From Octopus sinensis (taxonomy: Eukaryota), in contig NW_021825900.1 of assembly GCF_006345805.1 (NCBI RefSeq), positions 1 through 14,105 of the forward strand: 14,105 bases of DNA, given 5' to 3'. The notes under the pieces were generated by a model. The model worked only from the letters and a program-made list of their open reading frames with translations, did not search any database and was not told the DNA's origin. Shown here piece after piece: positions 9,419 to 14,105 of this stretch (the stretch's first letter is position 1; each line of letters begins with the position of its first letter). The position numbers and the translations under genes are program-made.

Positions 9419-9986
9419 GATATATATATATCTATGTATATATATATATATGTATATATTATATTTATTTATGTCACAAAACTTTCTCATATATTTTGAT
9501 CTGGTTGTGTGACGACACTACCTTTGGAAACAGCAACAGCATCATCATCAATCATCATCATCATCATCATCATGTTCAGCAGCAGCAGCAATAGCACTGC
9601 AGCAGCCGAGGCATTAGTGGCAGCTTGCAGGTGTAGTTTGGAAAGCCACCCCCCCCCCAACACCACCAACTACCACCTCCCACCTGAGGTTTGAGGGAGG
9701 TCATTTGTCATTCCGTAAAGTCCTACGTCCGTCTCTTGTGATCAAAAAGGATGTTTCAGCCAGCTATGACCGGTATATTTATGTGACATATCTTGTTCTG
9801 CTTCCGTGGCGACATACGTACGCATGCAGCAGTAACAACAACAAGAACAGCAACAGAAGCAAGCAGCAGCAGCAAGAGTTGTGAAAGTAGTGGTAGCAGT
9901 AGTAGTAGATTAACCCCTGGTGGGGGTCATTCCACATTCAGCAAGTCTTGTTGCTCCGATCAAAGACTTTCCAGCCACTCGTGACT
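9087..9986 (+). repeat. Three related short cassettes (9087-9164, 9699-9771, 9925-9986), probably family C heads, separated by microsatellites
   Basis: Each reads ggtcatt...gatcaaa...cagcc...tgac. Confidence 0.55.
9166..9465. repeat. Imperfect (TA)n microsatellite
   Basis: Direct reading. Confidence 0.95.
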
Positions 9987-10094
9987 CTGTGTTTGTGTTG
10001 TAGCGTCCATATTTATCTTATTCCAGCTTAGCGTGGCACCAGCGGCATTCGTTCAGTTTAGCCGTTCAAAGGTAGAGGCTTTAAATTAAGTAAT

Positions 10095-11290
10095 GATGGT
10101 ATTGGTGGTGGTGGTGGTGGCAATGGTGGTGATAATAGTGGTAGTGGTGGCGATGATGGAAATGGTAGTGGTGGTGGTGGAAGAAGTTGTGGCGGTGGTG
10201 GCGGTGATAGTGGTGGAAGAAGTGGTAGTAGTGGTAGTGGTGGTGATGGTGGTGATGGCGGTGGTGGTGGTGGTGGTGTGGTGGTGGTGGCGATGGTGGA
10301 AATGATGGTGATAATGGTGGAAATGGTGGTGGTAGTGGTGGTGGAAGTGGTTGCGGTAGTGGTGGTGGCGGTGGTAGTGGTGCTGGTGGTAGTAGTGGTG
10401 GTGGTGGTGGTGGTGGCGATGGTGGAAATGATGGTGATAATGGTGGAAATGGTGGTGGTGGTGGTAGTGGTGGTGATGGTGGGGATGATGGCGGTGGTGG
10501 TGGTGGTGGTGATGGTGGAAATGATGGTGATAATGGTGGAAATGGTGGTGGTAGTGGTGGTGGAAGTGGTTGCGGTAGTGGTGGTGGCGGTGGTAGTGGT
10601 GCTGATGGTAGTAGTGGTGGTGGTGGTGGTGGTGGCGATGGTGGAAATGATGGTGATAATGGTGGAAATGGTGGTGGTGGTGGTAGTGGTGGTGGTGGTA
10701 GTGGTCGCAATGATGGCAATGTAGTTGTGGTGGTAGTGTTAGTGTTGTTGAAATGGTGGATGGGATCGTAGTGGTGGTAGTGGTGGTGATTTTAGAGTTA
10801 TTATGGTGATGGTGCTAGTTGTGGTGGTGATGCTAGTTGTGGTGGTGTTATTGGTTGTAGTGGTGTCAGTGATTGTTGTCGTTGTTGCTGTAGTGGAAGT
10901 GATTGTAAGAGTGGTGGTAGTAGTGTTGGTATTGATGGTAAAGATGGTGGTGTTGGTGTTGTCGGTGGTGGTGGTGGCTGCGGTGGCGGTGCCTATGATG
11001 TTGGTGTTGGTGCTGTTTTTGTTGTTCGTGATGTTGTTGTGGCTGTGGTTGTTGTTGTGTTGGTGGTGGTGGAAGTGGTGGAGGTGATGATGGTGGCAGT
11101 GTTGATGGTGGTGGTGGTGGTAGGGTGTGGAGGCGCAGGTAGTATTTGTAGTATTGCTGTTGGTAGTAGTAGGACGGTGGCGTAGGTGATGTTTGTAGTA
11201 TTGTTGTTGGTGTTGTTGTTGGTGGTAGTGTTGGTAGTGGTGGTGGTGACAGTGTTGTTATTGTTGTTGCTGATGGTGGTGGAGGCGGTG
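10095..11290. repeat. Degenerate (GGT)n/(GTT)n trinucleotide array with an internal 219-bp-period duplication
   Basis: The motif gatggtggaaatgatggtgataatggtggaaatggt recurs at 10292, 10418, 10511 and 10637. Confidence 0.9.
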
Positions 11291-11534
11291 GCAGCGAGGA
11301 GGGGACGGAAACCTCATCTCAACAGATGAATCAATTTATCTTGTACAATCTTAAAAATCAATCAATCAATCATCCAATCAATAATCGGAAGATCGATTGA
11401 TCGATACATAAAATGAAGTTGATTTCTAAAAGTAGTGCTGATGGATATTTCCGTCTTATCTGCTCTTTTTTCGTTTTCGTTTTCGTTTTCTTTTTTTTCT
11501 TTTCTTTTCTTTTTAGCTATTTGTTTCTTTGCTG

Positions 11535-11725
11535 AGGCAGGAAGAATAGAAGGGCCGAAGCCCCTGACCTTTACAGCTGTTGCCGAAAACAACAGAACAC
11601 GGTGGATAAGGCAGTCTTACCTACTCTATGTTTAAATATAAAACAGGAAGGCTGTGGTCGGAATACATCTGATCAGAGGTCAGCTGGATCAGGGCTGGCT
11701 TGAGACAAAACAACAACAACAGCAA
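11535..11725 (-). repeat. Family C dispersed repeat
   Basis: The reverse complement begins gttgttgttttgtctcaagccagccctgatccagctgacctctgatcag, matching 3987-4040. gaaaacaa..gaa..tggataa matches the reverse complement of ~4426-4452. Confidence 0.6.
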
Positions 11726-11904
11726 CAATGACGACGATGACAAGTAAAGCAACAACGACTCATTCAAGTTTGTTAAGGAATACAGGATAAGGGAGACACT
11801 CTTAAAAGACTCAATCAAGTTTCACGCACCTATATCCACTATTCCACTACAAGCATACCCTTACCATCTAAGCAGCTATATTTTAGAAGGCTGCAAGAGA
11901 AAGT

Positions 11905-12098
11905 TGAGCGACTGGTATAAAGAATGGTTTGGGAAGAAAAAGAAAAAAACAAACAAAGGTGATAGGCGCCTGATGAACGTACGCATGTACGGGGAAACTA
12001 TTAGTAGCGTGATTGTACAAGTAGTTGAAACATTTACTAATATTGCGCTCTCATTGGATGGAATACTCTTTGTATTAACTTTTACACAGTTAATTTCT
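11905..12098 (+). mobile_element. Possible Penelope-like element terminal-repeat remnant carrying a hammerhead motif
   Basis: A hammerhead fold followed by an ~85-nt tail that runs into (TA)n, the same layout as 659-863. The left boundary is uncertain. Confidence 0.45.
11961..12014 (+). ncRNA. Type I hammerhead-ribozyme-like motif with canonical core
   Basis: GCGC-CUGAUGA-A-CGUAC-GCAU-GUACG-GG-GAAA-CU-AUU-AG-U-A-GCGU. Stem I pairs 11966-11969 with 12007-12010, stem II has 5 bp, stem III is ACU/AGU, and the cleavage triplet is GUA. The stem II junction pair is non-canonical. Confidence 0.7.
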
Positions 12099-12113
12099 TA
12101 TATATATATATAA

Positions 12114-12148
<35 letters not shown>

Positions 12149-12169
12149 CATATATATATTATGTATATA
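12099..12169. repeat. (TA)n microsatellite
   Basis: Direct reading. Confidence 0.9.
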
Positions 12170-12475
12170 CACTACAGCTGTTTCAAGCGTGTGTTTTTTT
12201 TGTCTTTAGTGATTAATAGAATTATTACATCATATGAAAAATAAAACTGTTTCATCAGGTGAAAATATGCACGAATTAAACATTTTGAAACATTCTAAAA
12301 AGGTCTGTGGCCAAAGTTCGCCTGAGAATCATGAAATGGTACATAGTTGGATTTTTGAAAATGCTTTGAAATGTTTAATTCGTGCATATATTCACCTGAT
12401 GAAAAGCTATTTTTCTTTCACATTATGTAATAACACTATACATCAATAAAAAAGACGTCTGAAACAGCTGTAGTG
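12170..12475. mobile_element. Foldback MITE (non-autonomous DNA transposon) with ~135-bp imperfect TIRs
   Basis: Perfect 16-bp terminal inverted repeat CACTACAGCTGTTTCA (12170-12185) / TGAAACAGCTGTAGTG (12460-12475). The inner arms 12250-12285 and 12369-12404 are reverse complements at 35 of 36 positions. Confidence 0.85.
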
Positions 12476-12517
12476 AATGAGGCTCAATCCACCTGTTGTT
12501 ATTTGTTTATAAATATC

Positions 12518-12518
12518 A

Positions 12519-12553
<35 letters not shown>

Positions 12554-12618
12554 GCATACATACCTCATATATATATGCACACTCACACACACACAGACAT
12601 ATGCATACATATACGTAT
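12518..12618. repeat. (TG)n-(TA)n-(CA)n compound microsatellite
   Basis: Direct reading. Confidence 0.9.
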
Positions 12619-12661
12619 GAACTTTCACCTTCTTTCACCTTCACAACAAGAAAGACGATAA

Positions 12662-12865
12662 CTTATGAACATTGTGAAAAAACAAAAACTCTTGTATTAC
12701 GGCCATATGCGAAGAAGCTGAAATTTGGAAAATATTAATGATGGAAGGAAGGGTAGAATGGCAGGCAAAGAACGCAATGGATGGACAATATCACGAGCTT
12801 GCGGAACAACAATGGTAAGGCGGACAGTTGGGGAACTTGCGCTTCATTGAGAAGACTTTTATAGT
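12662..12865 (+). mobile_element. Decayed 3' end of a second RTE-clade LINE, interrupted by a SINE
   Basis: Translation gives LMNIVKKQKLLYYGHMRRS*NLE, then across frameshifts MMEGRVE and GRQRTQWMDNI. This matches the RTE/BovB-type 'RKL.YFGH..R...LEK..MEGKVEG.R.RGRQR..WMD'. Confidence 0.8.
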
Positions 12866-12878
12866 AGTGTCATCATTG

Positions 12879-13191
12879 TTTTTTTTTTTGTTCCTTCTCG
12901 AGCCATGCCTAGCTCATAAGGGCCGGTTTCCCGGTTTCTTGGCGTATAGGTTCCCCACCTGGACAGGATGCCGGTCCATCGCAGGTGAGCTGCAAGATGC
13001 TGGAGGAAAGAGTGAGAGAAAGTTGTGGCGAAAGAGACAGCAGAAGTTTCGCCATTACCTTCTGCCGGAGCCGCGTGGAGCTTAGGTGTTTCGCTCAGAA
13101 ACACACACACATCGTCCGGTCTGAGATTCGAACCCGCGATCCCTCGACCGCGAGTCCGCTGCTCTAACCACTAGGCCATGTGCCTCCACAC
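12879..13191 (-). mobile_element. Young full-length tRNA-derived SINE (family D) with 13-bp TSD
   Basis: Minus-strand A box TGGCCTAGTGG (13178-13168), B box GGTTCGAATC (13134-13125) and A11 tail (12889-12879). It is flanked by perfect direct repeats AGTGTCATCATTG at 12866-12878 and 13192-13204. Confidence 0.93.
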
Positions 13192-13647
13192 AGTGTCATC
13201 ATTGCGTTGCAGGCAGACGATACAATACGACGGCAACGTAAGAACTTATAAATGAACGTTAACAACGCGTCTTGAAGGTGTGAGGAACACAGAAAAGATG
13301 GACATCCCGTACTAGGTTAGTATCACTTACACAGGCTAAACAATTTTAGTGGTATTACTCTTTAATGTGAGCATGGAGTTCATACGGCACTTAGATCGCA
13401 AGGGATCCGTTCTTTCATTTTCTACGGCCCAGATTTCTACTAAAATTTTGTAACATAAGCTTTCAGTCGGTTTTTATTAATTTGAACAATTTTGTTTCTT
13501 TCTTTTCTTTCCCCACCTCACCCAATCTCTCTGTCTTTTCCACTCTCTTTCAGTCTCTCTATCTCTCCTTTCTCCCATTCATTCATGCTTTCTCTCACAT
13601 ATTTCTTATGATTTCCTTCGTGTAATGTATATGGTTTTCGCTCTCTT

Positions 13648-13715
13648 CATCTATCTATCTATCTATCTATCTATCTATATATCTATCTATCTATCTATAT
13701 CTATCTATCTATCTA

Positions 13716-13759
<44 letters not shown>

Positions 13760-13775
13760 ATATATATATATATAG

Positions 13776-13807
<32 letters not shown>

Positions 13808-13906
13808 TATATTATTATATATATATATTGTATATATATGTATATATATATCTATATCTATATATCTATATATCTACATCTATATCTATATATGATATAT
13901 AATATA

Positions 13907-13960
<54 letters not shown>

Positions 13961-13973
13961 CTATATGCTATAT
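13648..13973. repeat. (CTAT)n-(CT)n-(TA)n compound microsatellite
   Basis: Direct reading. Confidence 0.95.
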
Positions 13974-14105
13974 ACGTGCTTGTTAGCATATTCTTTGGCG
14001 GTGTAACCCAGTTAAGATGAACAATATCTCGTGACATCACTGCTAGTTAAGAAAAAAAAATGATTGCCATGGCTGGTTTGAAGCTCGGTTTAAACATATG
14101 AGGTC

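Noticed and set aside
9087-9986. CRISPR-like repeat-spacer array
   Set aside because: The repeats are long, divergent and irregularly spaced, the spacers are microsatellites, and there are no cas genes.
10081-11087. Pro/His-rich (extensin- or formin-like) and Val-rich ORFs
   Set aside because: They are alternative frames of a degenerate (GGT)n array, with no unique domain or splice context.
11455-11607. Strong polypyrimidine tract + AG at 11515-11516 and a possible 85-bp exon
   Set aside because: The putative exon mostly overlaps an antisense family C repeat, the donor (GTGGAT) is weak and the peptide is unrecognisable.
13110-13190. tRNA gene
   Set aside because: A and B boxes are present, but there is no proper acceptor stem and the sequence continues into a SINE body with a poly(A) tail and TSD, so it is a SINE head.

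Overview
AT-rich, non-coding eukaryotic DNA with no supportable protein-coding gene. The SINE families and the very high microsatellite density point to an octopus (coleoid cephalopod) intron or intergenic region; this taxon call rests on my recall of the repeats, not a search. The window is a mosaic of microsatellites and mobile-element remnants. These include three tRNA-derived SINE families: one forms a closely spaced inverted pair, and another is a young insertion with a perfect 13-bp target-site duplication. There is also an unclassified dispersed repeat, two decayed RTE-clade LINE 3' ends and a ~306-bp foldback MITE. The most notable signal is two type I hammerhead-ribozyme-like folds, each followed by a short tail ending in (TA)n, as expected for Penelope-like element terminal repeats. 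The one at 802-852 (minus) has a compensatory G3:C8 core swap, an extra base after A9 and a palindromic minimal stem III. The one at 11961-12014 (plus) has a canonical CUGAUGA/GAAA/GUA core. The listed ORFs are almost all microsatellite or repeat artefacts.
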